Made by a program: the position numbers and the translations under genes. 64,000 bases of DNA from the human T2T-CHM13v2.0 reference genome, Homo sapiens: the NCBI RefSeq assembly GCF_009914755.1, contig NC_060938.1. One strand, 5' to 3'. Each line of letters begins with the position of its first letter. The first letter of the stretch is position 1. Shown piece by piece: positions 26,201 to 42,200 of the stretch. Under the pieces are notes generated by a model. It searched no databases and was not told where the DNA came from. It saw only the letters and a program-made list of their open reading frames with translations.

Positions 26201-29200
26201 CTCTTTTTGTAGAGTCTGCAATTGGATATTTGGTACGCTTTGAAGCCAATGGAGGAAAAGGAAACATCTTCAAATAAAAACTACACAGAAGCATTCTGAG
26301 AAACTTCTTTGTGATGTCGGCATTCAACTCACAGAGTTGAAACTATATTTTGATAGAGCAATCTTCTATCTGTGTTTTTGAAGAATCTGCAAGTGGCTAT
26401 TTTGCACCTTTTGCGGCAGATGGTGGAAAAAGAAATATCTTCCCATAAAAAATAAACAGAAGCATTCTGAAAAACTACTTTGTGATGTTTGTCTTCATCT
26501 CACAGAGTTGAACCTTTCATTTGATTAAGCATTTTTGAAACACTATTTTTCTAGTATCTGCAAGTGGATATTTGGAGTCTTTTGAGGCCTATTGTGGAAA
26601 AGGAAATATCTTCATATAAAAACTACATAGAAGCATTCTGAGAAACTTCTTTGTGATGTGTGCATACATCTCACAGAGTTGAACCTATCTTTTGATAGAG
26701 AAGTTTCAAAACTCTGTTTCTGTAGAATCTGCAAGTGGGTATTTGAGCCCTTTTCTGCCTATGGTGGAAAAGGGATTATCTTCCAATAAAAACTACACAG
26801 AAGCATTCTGAGAAATTTTTTTGTGATGTGTGCATTCATCTCACAGTGTAGAAACTTCCTTTGATTAAGCAGTTTTGAAACACTCTTTTTATAGGATCTG
26901 CAAGTGGATATTTTGAGTGCTTTGTGTCACATGGCAGTAAAGGAAATATCTTCTCATAAAAGCTACACGGAAGGATTATGAGAAACTTCTTTGTGATGTA
27001 TGTATTCATCTCACAGTGTTGAACCTATCTTTTGATAGAGCTGTTTTGAAATTCTCTTTTTGTAGTATCTGCAAGTGAATATTTGGAGCCCTTTGTGGCT
27101 TACGGTGGAAAACGAAATATCTTCACATAAAAACTACACAGAAACATTCTGAGAAACTACTTTGTGATGTGTGCATTCAACACACAGAGTTGAATATTTC
27201 CTTTGATAGAGATGTTTTGAAACACTCTTTTCATAGGATCTCCAGGTGGATATTTTGAGCACTTTGAGGCCTCTGGTTTAAAAGGAAATATCTTCAAGTA
27301 AAAACTAGACAGAAGCATTCTGAGAAATTTCTTTGAGATATGTGCAATCACCTCACAGAGTTGAACCTATCTTTTGGTAGAGCAGTTTTGAAACTCTCTT
27401 TTTGTAGAACCTGCAAGTGGATGTTAAGAGTCCTTTGTGGCCTATGGTGGAAAAGGAAATATCTTCACATAAAAACTACATAGAAGCATTCTGAGAAACT
27501 TCTTTGTGATGTGTGCATTCATCTCACAGAGTTGAACCTATCTTTTTTTTTTAGCAGTTTTCAAACTCTCTTTTTGTAGAATCTGCAGGTGGATATTTGG
27601 GGCCCTTTGCAGTCTATGGTGGAAAAGGATATATCTTCACCTAAAAACTACAGAGAAAAATTCTGAGAAACTAGTTTGTGATGTGCACATTCATCCCAAA
27701 GAGTTGAACCTCTCTTTGATTGAGCAGTTGGGAAACACTCTTTTTGTAGAACCTGCAAGTAGATAACTGGAGCTCTTTGAGGCCTATTGTCTAAAAGGTA
27801 ATATCTTAACATAAAAACTACACAGAAGCATTCTGAGAAACTTCTTTGTTATGTGTGCATTCAATTCACGGGGTTGAATTTATCTTTTGATAGAGCAGTT
27901 TTGAAACTCTCTTTTTTTAGAATCTGCAAGTGGATATTTGGAGCCCTTTGCAGCCTATGGTGGAAAAGGATTTATCTTCACGTAAAAACTACAGAGAAGA
28001 ATTATGGGAAACTACTTTGTGATGTGTGCATTCATCTCACAGAGTTGAATCTCTCTGTTGATTGAGCTGTTCGGAAACACTCTTTTTGTAGAATCTGAAA
28101 GTGGATATTTGGAGCGCTTTGAGGCCTATTGTGCAAATGGAAATATCTTCACAGAAAAACTACACAGAGGCCTTCTGAGGAGCTTCGCTGCGATGTGTGC
28201 ATTCGTCTCACTGAGTTGAACATTTCAATTGATTGAGCAGTTCTCAAATAGTCTTTTTGGAGAATCTGCAAGTGGATATTTGGAGCGGTTTGGGTCCTAT
28301 TTTGGAAAAGGAAATAGCTTCACATAAAAACAACACAGGAGCATTCTGAGAAAATTCTTTGTGATGTGTCCATTCCTCTCACAGAGTTGAACTTTTCTTT
28401 TGATTGGGCAGTTTGGAAACACGCTTTTAGTAGGATCTGCAAGTGGATATTTGAAGTCCTTGAAGGCCTTTTGTGGAAAAGGATATATCTTCACATAAAA
28501 ATGACACAGAAGTATTCTGAGAAACAACTTTGTGATGTGTGTATTCATCACTCAGAGTTGAAACATTTTTTTGATTGAGTGGTTTTGAAGCAGTCTTTTT
28601 GTAGAATCTGCAAGTGGATATTTGGAGCACTTTGAGGCCTAATGTGGAAAAGGAAATATTTTCACATAAATACTATACAGAAGCATTCTGAGAAATTACT
28701 TTGAGATGTGTGCATTCATCTCACAGAGCTGAACCTATCTTTTGATAGAGAAGTTTCAAAACTCTCTTTTTGTAGTATCTGCAATGGATATTTGGAGTCC
28801 TTTGTGGCCAATGGTGGAAAAGGAAATATCTCCACATAAAAACTACACAGAAGCATTCTGAGAAACTTCTTTGTGATGTGTGCTTTCATCTCACAGAGTT
28901 GAATCTCTCTTTTGAGTGAGCAGTTTGGAAACACTCTTTTTGTAGAACCCTCAAGTGGATATTTGGAGCTCTTTCAGGCCTAATGTGGAAATGGAAATAT
29001 CTTCACTTTAAAAACTACACAGAAGTATTCTGAGAAACTTCTTTGTAATGTGTGCATTCGTCTCACAGAGTTGAACCTTTCTTGTGATTGAGCAGTTTTG
29101 AAACACTCTTTTTGTAGAATCTGCAAGAGGATATTTGGAGCGATTTCAGGTCAATTATGGAAAAGGAAATGTCTTCACGTAAAAACTACACAGAAGCATT

Positions 29201-30235
29201 CTGAGAAACTTCTTTGTGATGTGTGCATGCATCTCACACATTTGAAATTTTCTCTTGATTGAACAGTTTTTAGACACTCTTTCTGTAGAAACTGCAAGTG
29301 GATATTTGGAGCGCTTTGAGGCCTATAGTGGAATAAAAAATATCTTCACAAAAAAACTACATGGAGTAATAATTCTGAGAAACTTCTTCATGATGTGTGC
29401 ATTCATCTAAGAGAGCTGAAACTGTCTATTCATAGAGCAGTTTTGAAACCCGGAAAAAGTAATATTTTCACATAAAAACTACACAGAAGCATTCTGAGAA
29501 TCTTCTTTGTGATGTGTGCATTCAACTCACAAAGTTGAACCTTTCTTTTGATAGAGCAGTTTTGAAACTCTCTTTTTGTTGAATCTGCAACTGGTTATTT
29601 GGAGCTCTTTGTGGCCGGTGGTGGACAATGAAATATCTTTCCATAAAAACGACCAAGAATCATTAGAAGTAACTTCTTTGTGATGTGTGTGTTCATCTTA
29701 CAGTGTTGAACCTTGCAATTCATTGAGCAGTTGTGAAACACTCTTTTTTTTTTTTTAATCTCCACGTGGATATTTGGAGCGCTTTGAGGCTTATGGTGGA
29801 AAAGGAAATATCTTCCCATAAAAACTACACAGAAGCGTTCTGTGAAACTTCTTTGTGATGTGTGCATTCAACTCACCGAGTTTAACTTATCTTTTGATAG
29901 AGCAGTTTTGAAACTCTCTTTGTAGAAAATGCAGGTGGTTATTTGGAGCCATTTGTGGCCGATTGTGAAAAAGAAAATATCTTCCCATAAAAACTACACA
30001 GATGCATTCTGAGAAACTACTTTGTGATGTGTGCATTTACCTGACAGACTTGAACAATTCAATTTATTGAGCAGTTTTGAAACACTCTTTTGTAGATTCT
30101 ACAAGTGGATATTTGGAGCACTTTGAGGTCCATTGTGGAAAAGGAAATATCTTCACACAAAAAATACACAGAAGCATTCTGAGAAACTTCTTTGTGATGT
30201 GTGCATTCAACTCACAGAGCTGAACCCATCTTTTC
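23205..30235 (+). repeat. Alpha satellite family B
   Basis: Same diagnostics; includes a near-perfect 1024-bp tandem duplication. Confidence 0.96.
23860..25907 (+). repeat. Near-identical tandem duplication of a 6-monomer (1024 bp) unit
   Basis: Identical or near-identical ORF-track peptides at offset 1024 (24098/25122, 24540/25564, 24780/25804); about 4 differences seen by eye. Confidence 0.95.
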
Positions 30236-30551
30236 TTTTCTTTTTTTTTAAATTGCGGATTTAATTTTATTTAACCTAAAATACAGGTAGTAAATTGATT
30301 TAAAACTTGCTAAAATTTTTTTTGGTTTAAGTTTTTTTCTTTTATTATTATACTGTAAGTTTTAGGGTACATGTGCACATTGTGCAGGTTAGTTACATAT
30401 GTATACATGTGCCATGCTGGTGCACTGCACCCACTAACTTGTCATCTAGCATTAGGTATATCTCCTAATGCTCTCCCTCCCCCCTCCCCCCACCCCTCAT
30501 CAGTCCCCAGAGTGTGATGTTCCCCTTCCTGTGTCCATGTGATCTCATTGT

Positions 30552-34349
<3,798 letters not shown>

Positions 34350-35326
34350 TTGTTCCTTTCCATGTTTAGCGCTTCCTTCAGGAGCTCTTTTAGGGCAGGC
34401 CTGGTGGTGACAAAATCTCTCAGCATTTGCTTGTCTGTAAAGTATTTTATTTCTCTTTCACTTATGAAGCTTAGTTTGGCTGGATATGAAATTCTGTGTT
34501 GAAAATTCTTTTCTTTAAGAATGTTGAATATTGGCCCCCACTCTCTTCTGGTTTGTAGGGTTTCTGCTGAGAGATCCGCTGTTAGTCTGATGGGCTTCCC
34601 TTTGAGGGTAACCCGACCTTGCTCTCTGGCTGCCCTTAACATTTTTTCCTTCATTTCAACTTTGGTGAATCTGACAATTACGTGTCTTGGAGTTGCTCTT
34701 CTTAAGGATTATCTTTGTGGCGTTCTCTGTATTTCCTGAATCTGAATGTTGGACTGCCTTGCTAGAATGGGGAAGTTCTGGATAATATCCTGCAGAGTGT
34801 TTTCCAATTTGGTTCCATTCTCCCCATCATTTTCAGATACACCAATCAGACGTAGATTTGGTCTTTTCACCTACTCCCATATTTCTTGGAGGCTTTGCTC
34901 ATTTCTTTTTATTCTTTTTTCTCTAAACTTCCCTTCTCACTTCATTTCATTCATTTCATCTTCCATCACTGATGCCCTTTCTTCCAGTTGATCACATCAG
35001 CTCCTGAGGCTTCTGCATTCTTCACATAGTACTTGAGCCTTGGTTTTCAGGTCCATGAGCTCCTTTAAGCACTTCTCTGTATTGGTTATTCTAGTTATTC
35101 ATTCTTCTAAATTTTTTTCAAAGTTTTCAACTTCTTTGCCTTTGGTTTGAATGTCCTCCCGTAGCTCTGAGTAATTTGATTGTCTGAAGCCTTCTTCTCT
35201 CAGCTTGTCAAAGTCATTCTCCGTCCAGCTTTGTTCTGTTGCTGGTGAGGAACTGCGTTCCTTTGGAGGAGGAGAGGTGCTCTGCTTTTTAGAGTTTCCA
35301 GTTTTTCTGTTCTGTTTTTGCCCCAT
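34350..35326 (-). pseudogene. L1 ORF1p, disrupted
   Basis: MGQKQNRKTGNSK... and MKEKMLRAAREQGRVTLKGKPIRLTADLS...ALNMERNN; internal stop and deleted C-terminus. Confidence 0.95.
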
Positions 35327-36227
35327 CTTTGTGGTTTTAGCTACTTTTGGTCTTTGATGGTGATGTACAGATGGGTTTTTGGTGTGGGTGTCCTTTCTGT
35401 TTGTTAGTTTTCCTTCTAACAGACAGGACCCTCAGCTGCAGTTCTGTTGGAGTACCCTGCGATATGAGGTGTCAATGTGCCCCTGTTGGGGGGTGCCTCC
35501 CAGTTAGGCTGCTGGGGGTCAGGGGTCAGGCACCCACTTGAGGAGGCAGTCTGTCCCTTCTCAGATCTCCAGCTGCGTACTGGGAGAACCACTGCTCTCT
35601 TCAAAGCTGTCAGACAGGGACATTTAAATCTGCAGAGGTTTCTGCTGTCTTTTTGTTTGTCTGTGCCCTGCCCCCAGAGGTGGAGCTCACAGAGGCAGGC
35701 AGGCCTCCTTGAGCTGTGGTGGGCTCCACCCAGTTCCAGCTTCCTGGCTGCTTTGTTTACCTAAGCAAGCCTGGACAATGGCGGGCACCCCTCCCCCAGC
35801 CTCGCTGCTGCCTTGCAGTTTGATCTCAGACTGCTGTGCTAGCAATCAGTGAGACTCCGTGGGAGTAGGACCCTCTGAGCCAGGTGCAGGATATAATCTC
35901 GTGGTGTGCCGTTTTTTAAACCTATCGGAAAAGTGCAGTATTTGGATGGGAGTGACCCGATTTTCCAGGTACTGTCTGTCACCCATTTCTTTGACTAGGA
36001 AAGGGAACTCCCTGACCCCTTGCACTTCCTGAGTGAGGCAATGCCTTGCCCTGCTTTGGCTCATGCATGGTGCGTACACCCACTGACCTGCGCCCACTCT
36101 CTGGCACTCCCTAGTGAGATGAACCTGGTACCTCAGATGGAAATGCAGAAATCACCTGTCTTCTGTGTCACTCAGCTGGGAGCTGTAGACCAGAGCTATT
36201 CCTATTCGGCCATCTTGGCTCCTCCCC
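35327..36227 (-). promoter_or_regulatory. L1 5'UTR internal promoter; YY1 site intact, CpGs decayed
   Basis: CAAGATGGCCG on the minus strand at 36207-36217; many CpG>TpG/CpA changes relative to the recalled consensus. Confidence 0.85.
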
Positions 36228-36230
36228 AAC

Positions 36231-39200
36231 CTGAACCCATCTTTTCATAGAGCAGTTTTGAAACTCTCTTTATGTAGAATCTCCAATTGCATATTTGGAG
36301 CCCTTTGTTGCCTATGGTGGAAAAGGAAATATCTTCACCTAAAAACCACACAGAAGCATTCTGAGAAACTTATTTCTGATGTGTGCATTCATTTCACAGT
36401 GTTGAATATTGCATTAGATTGAAATGTTTTGAAACACTCTTTTCATATGATCTCAAAGTGGATACTTGGAGCCACATGTGGCCGATGGTGGAAAAGGAGA
36501 TATCTTTCCATAAAAACTACAAGGATGCATTCTCAGAAACTTCTTTGTTACGTGTGCGTTCATCTCAAAGAGTTAAACCTTTCCTTTTACTGAGCAGTTT
36601 TGATACTCTCTTTATGTAGAATCTGCAAATGGACATTTGGAGCCCTTTGTGGCTCATGTTGGAAAAGGAAATATCATCTCATAAAAACTACACAGAAGCA
36701 TTCTGAGAAAATTCTTTGTGATGTGGGCATTCATCTCACAGAGGTGAACCTCTCTTTTGATTGAGCAGTTTGGAAACTCTATTTTATTAAAATCTTCAAG
36801 TGGATACTTGGAGATCTTTGAGGCCTATTGTGGAAAAGGAAATATCTTCAGCATAAAAACTACACAGAAGCATTCTGAGTAACTTCTTTGTGATGTGCGC
36901 ATTCATCTCTCAGAGCTGAACCTTTCTTTTTATTGAGCAGTTTTGAAACACTCTTTTTGTAGAACCTGCAAGTGGATATCTGAAGCGCTTTGAGGCCTAT
37001 GGTGGAAAAGGAATTATCTTCACATGAAAACTACACAGAGATATTCTGAGAAACTTTTTTGTGATGTGTGCATTTATCTCACAGGGTGGAACCTCTCTTT
37101 GATTGAGCAGTTTGGAAACACTCTTTTTGTAGTATCTGCAAGTGGATATATGGAGCGCTTTGGGATCTACTGTGTAAAAGGAAATATCTTCACATAAAAA
37201 CTACAAAGGGGCATTCTGAGAAATTTCTTTGTGATGTGTGCATTCATATCAGAGAGTTGAACATGTATTTTGATAGAGCAGTTTTGAAACTCTCTTTTTG
37301 TAGAATCTGCAAGTGGATATTTGGAGCCCTTTGCGGCCTATGGTGGAAAAGGAAATATCTTCACATAAAAACTGCACAGTATCATTCTGAGAAACTTATT
37401 TGTGATGTGTGCATTCAACTCAAAAAGTTGAATGTATCTTCTTATAGACCAGTTTGAACCTCTCTTTTTGTACAATCTGTAAGTGGATATTTGGAGATCT
37501 TTGAGGGCTATGGTGGAAAAGGAAATATCTTCACATAAAAACTACACAGAAAGCTTCTGAGAAACTTCTTTTTGATGTGTGCTTTCAACTCAGAGAGTTG
37601 AACCTTTCTTTTGTTTGAGCAGTTTTGAAATTCTATTTTTGTCAAAACTGCAAGTGAATATTTGGAGCACTTTGAAGCCTATGGTGGAAAAGGAAATATC
37701 TTCCCATAAATCTACACAGAAACATTCTGAGAATCTGTTTGTGATGAGTGCATTCAACTCGCAGAGGTGGAGCCCTTTGTGGCAGATGTTGGAAAAGGAA
37801 ATGTCTTCCCATAAGAACTACACAGAATCATTCTGAGAAAATTCTTTGTGATGTGTGCATTTGTCACACAGAATTGAACATTACGTTTGATTGAGTAGTT
37901 TTGAAAAACTCATTATAGAATCTGCAAGTGGATATTTGGAGCGATTTGATGCGTACTCTGGAAAATCAAATATCTTCACAAAAAAACTACACGGAAGCAT
38001 TCTGAGAAACTTTTTTTAATGTGTGCATTCAACTCACAGAGTTTAACCTATCTTTTGATTGAGCAGTTTTGAATCTCTATTTTTGCAGAATCTGCAGGAG
38101 GATATTCGGAGGGCTTTGAAGCCTACTGTGGAAATCAAATATCTTCCCAAAAAACTGCACAAAAGCATTCTGAGAAACTCCTTTGTCATTTGTACTTTCA
38201 ACTCACAGAGTGGAACCTATCTTTTAATTGAGCAGTTTTGAATCTCCCTTTTTGTAGAATCTGCAAGTGGATATTTGGAGCCCTTTGCGGCCCATGGTGG
38301 AAAAGGAAATATTTTCATATAAATAATACACAGAAGCATTCAGAGAAACTTCCTTGTGGTGAGTGCATTCATCACACAGAGTTGAACTGTTCGTTTGATG
38401 GAGCACTTTTGAAACACTCTTTTTGTAGAATCTGCAAGTGGATATTTGGAGCCCCTTGCGACTTATGTTGGAAAAGGAAATACCTTCAAATAAAAACTAC
38501 ATAGAAACATTCTGAAAAACTACTTTGTTATGTGTGGATTCATCTCACAGGGTTGAACCTATCTAATGATTGAGCAGTTTTTAAACACTCATTTTGTAGA
38601 ATCTGCAAGTGGATATTTGGAGCACTTTGAGACCTTCCGTGGAAAAGCAAATGTCTTCACATAAAAACTACACAGAAGCATTCTGAGAAACTACTTTTTG
38701 ATGTGTGCATTCATCTCACAGTGTTGGACGTTTCTTTTGATTGAGCAGTTTTGGAACACTCTTTTTGTAGAATCTGCAAGTGGATATTTGGAACCCTATG
38801 AGCCCTATGGTGGAAAAGGAAATATCATCTTCAAATACAAAATACACAGAAGCATTCAGAGAAACTTCTTTGTGATGAGGGCATTCATCACACAGTGTTG
38901 AACATTTCTTTGGATTGAGCAGTTTTGAAACACTCTTTTCATAGAATCTGGAAGTGCATATTTGGAGGTCTTTGAAGCCTATTTTGGAGAAGGAGATGTC
39001 TTCACATAAAAACTACACAGAAACTTTATGAGAAACTTCTTTGTGAGGTGTGCATTCAACTCACTGAGTTGAACCTATCATTTGATTGAGCAGTTTTGAA
39101 TCTCTCTTATTTCAGAATCGGAAAGTGGATATTTGGAGCCCTTTGAGGCCTGCTGTGGAAAATCAAATATATTCACATAAAAACTACACAGAGGCATTCT

Positions 39201-42200
39201 GAGAAACTTCTTTGTTTTGTGTGCCTTCAACTCACATAGTAGAACTTATCTTTTGATTGCACAGTTTTGAATCTCCCTTTTTGCAGAATCTGCAAGTGGA
39301 TATTTGGAGCCCTATTTCGTCCTATAGTGGAAAAGCAAATATCTTCACGTAAACAAACACAACACAGAAGCATTCAGAGAAACTTCTTTGTGATGTGTGC
39401 ATTCAACACGCAGAGTTGAAACTATCTTTTGATTGAACAGTTTTGAATCTCTCTTTTTGTAGAATCTGCAAGTGGAAGTTTGGAGCCCTTTGTGGCCTAT
39501 GGTGGAAAAGGAAATATCTTCAAATAAAAACTACACAAAAACATTCTGAGAAACTACTTTGTGTTGTGTGCATTCATCTCACAAGGTTGAACCTATCTTA
39601 TGGTTGAGCAGTTTCAAAACACTCTTTTTGTAGAATCTGAAAGTGGATATTTGGAGCGCCTTGTTGCCTACAGTGGAGAATCAAATATCTTCACATAAAA
39701 ACAAGACAGAAGCATTCTCAGAACCTTCTTTGTGATGTATGCATTCATCTCACGGAGTTTAAATTTTCTTTTGATTGAGCACTTTTGAAACACTCTTTTT
39801 GAAGATTCTGCAAGTAGATATTTGGAGGCCTTTGACGCCTATTGTGGAAAAGGAAATATCTTTACATAAAAACTACACAGAGGCATTCTGAGAAACTTCT
39901 TTGTGATGTGTGCAGTCATCTAATGGAGTTGAAACTTCCTTTTTATAGAGCAGTGTTGAAGCGATCTTTTTGAAGAATTAGCAAGTGGATATTTGGAGAG
40001 CTTTGAGGCCTATTGTGGAAAAGGAAATATCTTCAAATAAAAACTACACAGAAGCCTTCTCAGAAACTACTTTGTGATGTGTGCATTCAACTCACAGGGG
40101 AGAGCCTATCTTTTGATTGAGCCTTTTTGAATCTCTCTTTTTGTAGAATCTGCAAGTGGGTATTAGGAGCCCTTTGTGACCCATGGTGGAAAAGAAAATA
40201 TCTTCAAATAAAAACTACACAGAAGCATTCTGAGAAACCACTTTGTGATGTGTGCATTCATCTCACAGAGTTGAACTTTTCTTTTGATTGAGTAGTTTTG
40301 AAACACACTTTTTGTAGAGTCTGGAAGTGGACATTTGGAGGACTTTGAGGTCTATTTTGGAAAAGGAAATATCTTCACATAAAAACTACACAGAAGCATT
40401 CTGAGGAACTTCTTTGTGAGATGTGCACTCAACTCACAGAGTTGAACCTATCTTTTGATTGAGCAGTTTTTAATCTCTCTTTTTGTAGAAGCAGCATGTG
40501 GATATTTGAAGACCTTTGTGGCCTATGGTGGAAAAGGAAATATCTTCAAAAAAAAACTAGACAGAAGCATTTTGAGAAACTTCTCTGTGACGTGTGCATT
40601 CATATCACAGGGTTGAAACTACCTTTTGATTGAGCAGTTTTGAATCTCTTATTTTGTAGAAGCTGCATGTGGATATTTGGAGACCTTTGTGGCCTATGGT
40701 TGAAAAGGAAATATCTTCAAATAAAAACTAGACAGAAACATTTTGAGAAACTTCTCTGTGATGTGTGCATTCATATCACAGGGTTGAAACTACCTTCTGA
40801 TTGAGCAGTTTTGAATTTCTCTTTTTGTACCATCTGCAAGTGGATATTTGGAGCCCTTTGTGGCCTGAGGTGGAAAAGGAACTATCCTCAAATAAAAACT
40901 ACACAGAAGTATTCTGAGAAATTTCTTTGCGATGTGTGCATTCATCTCACAGAGTTGAACCCTTGTTTTGACTGAGCAGTTTTGAGACAATCTTTCCATA
41001 GAATCTGGAAGTGAATATTTGGAGGGCTTTGAGTTCTATTTTGGAGATGGAGATATCTTCATATGAAAACTACATAGAAGCATTCTGAGAAACATCTTTG
41101 TGAGGTGTGCACTGAAGTCACAGTGTTGAACCTATCTTTTGATTCAGCAGTTTTGAATCTCTCTTTTTGCAGAATCTGCGAGTGGATATTTGGAGCACTT
41201 TGAGGCGAACTGTGGAAAATCAAATATCTTCACATAAAAACTACACAGAAGCATTCTGAGAAACTTCTTTGTGATGTGTGCATTCATCTCACAGAACTGA
41301 ATGTCTCTGTTGATTGAGCAGTTTTGAAACACTCTTTTTGAAGAATCTGCAAGTGGATATTTGGAGCTCATTGGGGCCTACTGTGGAAAAACAAATATCT
41401 TCACATAAAAACTACACAGAAGCATTCTGAGAAACTTCTTTGTGATCTGTGCATTCATCGCACAGAGTTGAATCTTTCTTTTGATACAGCAGTTTTGAAA
41501 CACTATTTTTTTGGAATCTGCAAGTGGATATTTGGAGCCTTTTGAGGCCTATAGTGGAGAAGGAAATATCTTCACATAAAAACTACGCAGAAGCATTCTG
41601 AGAAACTACTTTGTGATGTGTGTATTCATCTCACCGAGTAGAACCTTTCTTTTGATTGAGCAGTTTTGAAACACTCTTTTTGTAGAATCTGCAAGTGGAT
41701 ATTTAGAGTGATTTGCGGCCTATTGTGGAAAGGGAAATATCTTCAAATAAAAACTACCCAGAAGCATTCTGCGAAACTTATTTGTGATGTGTGCATTCAA
41801 CTCACAGTGTTGAACCTATCTGTTGATTGAGCAGTTTAGAATCTCTCTTTTTGTAGAATCTGCAAGTGAATATTTGGAGCCCTATTTCGCCCTATAGTGG
41901 AAAAGGAAATATCTTCAAATAGAAACTACACAGAAGCATTCAGAGAACCTTCTTTCTGATGAGCGCATTCATCACAGAGTTGAACCTTTGTTTTGATTTA
42001 GCAGTTTTGAGGCAATCTTTCTGTAGAATCTGGAAGTAAATATTTGGAGGGCTTTGAGTTCTGTTTTGGAGAAGGAGATATCTTCATATACAAACTACAC
42101 AGAAGCTTTCTGAGAAACACCTTTGTGAGGTTTGCATTGAAGTCACAGAGTTGAACCTATCTTTTGATTCAGCAGATTTGAATCTCTCTTTTTGCAGAAT

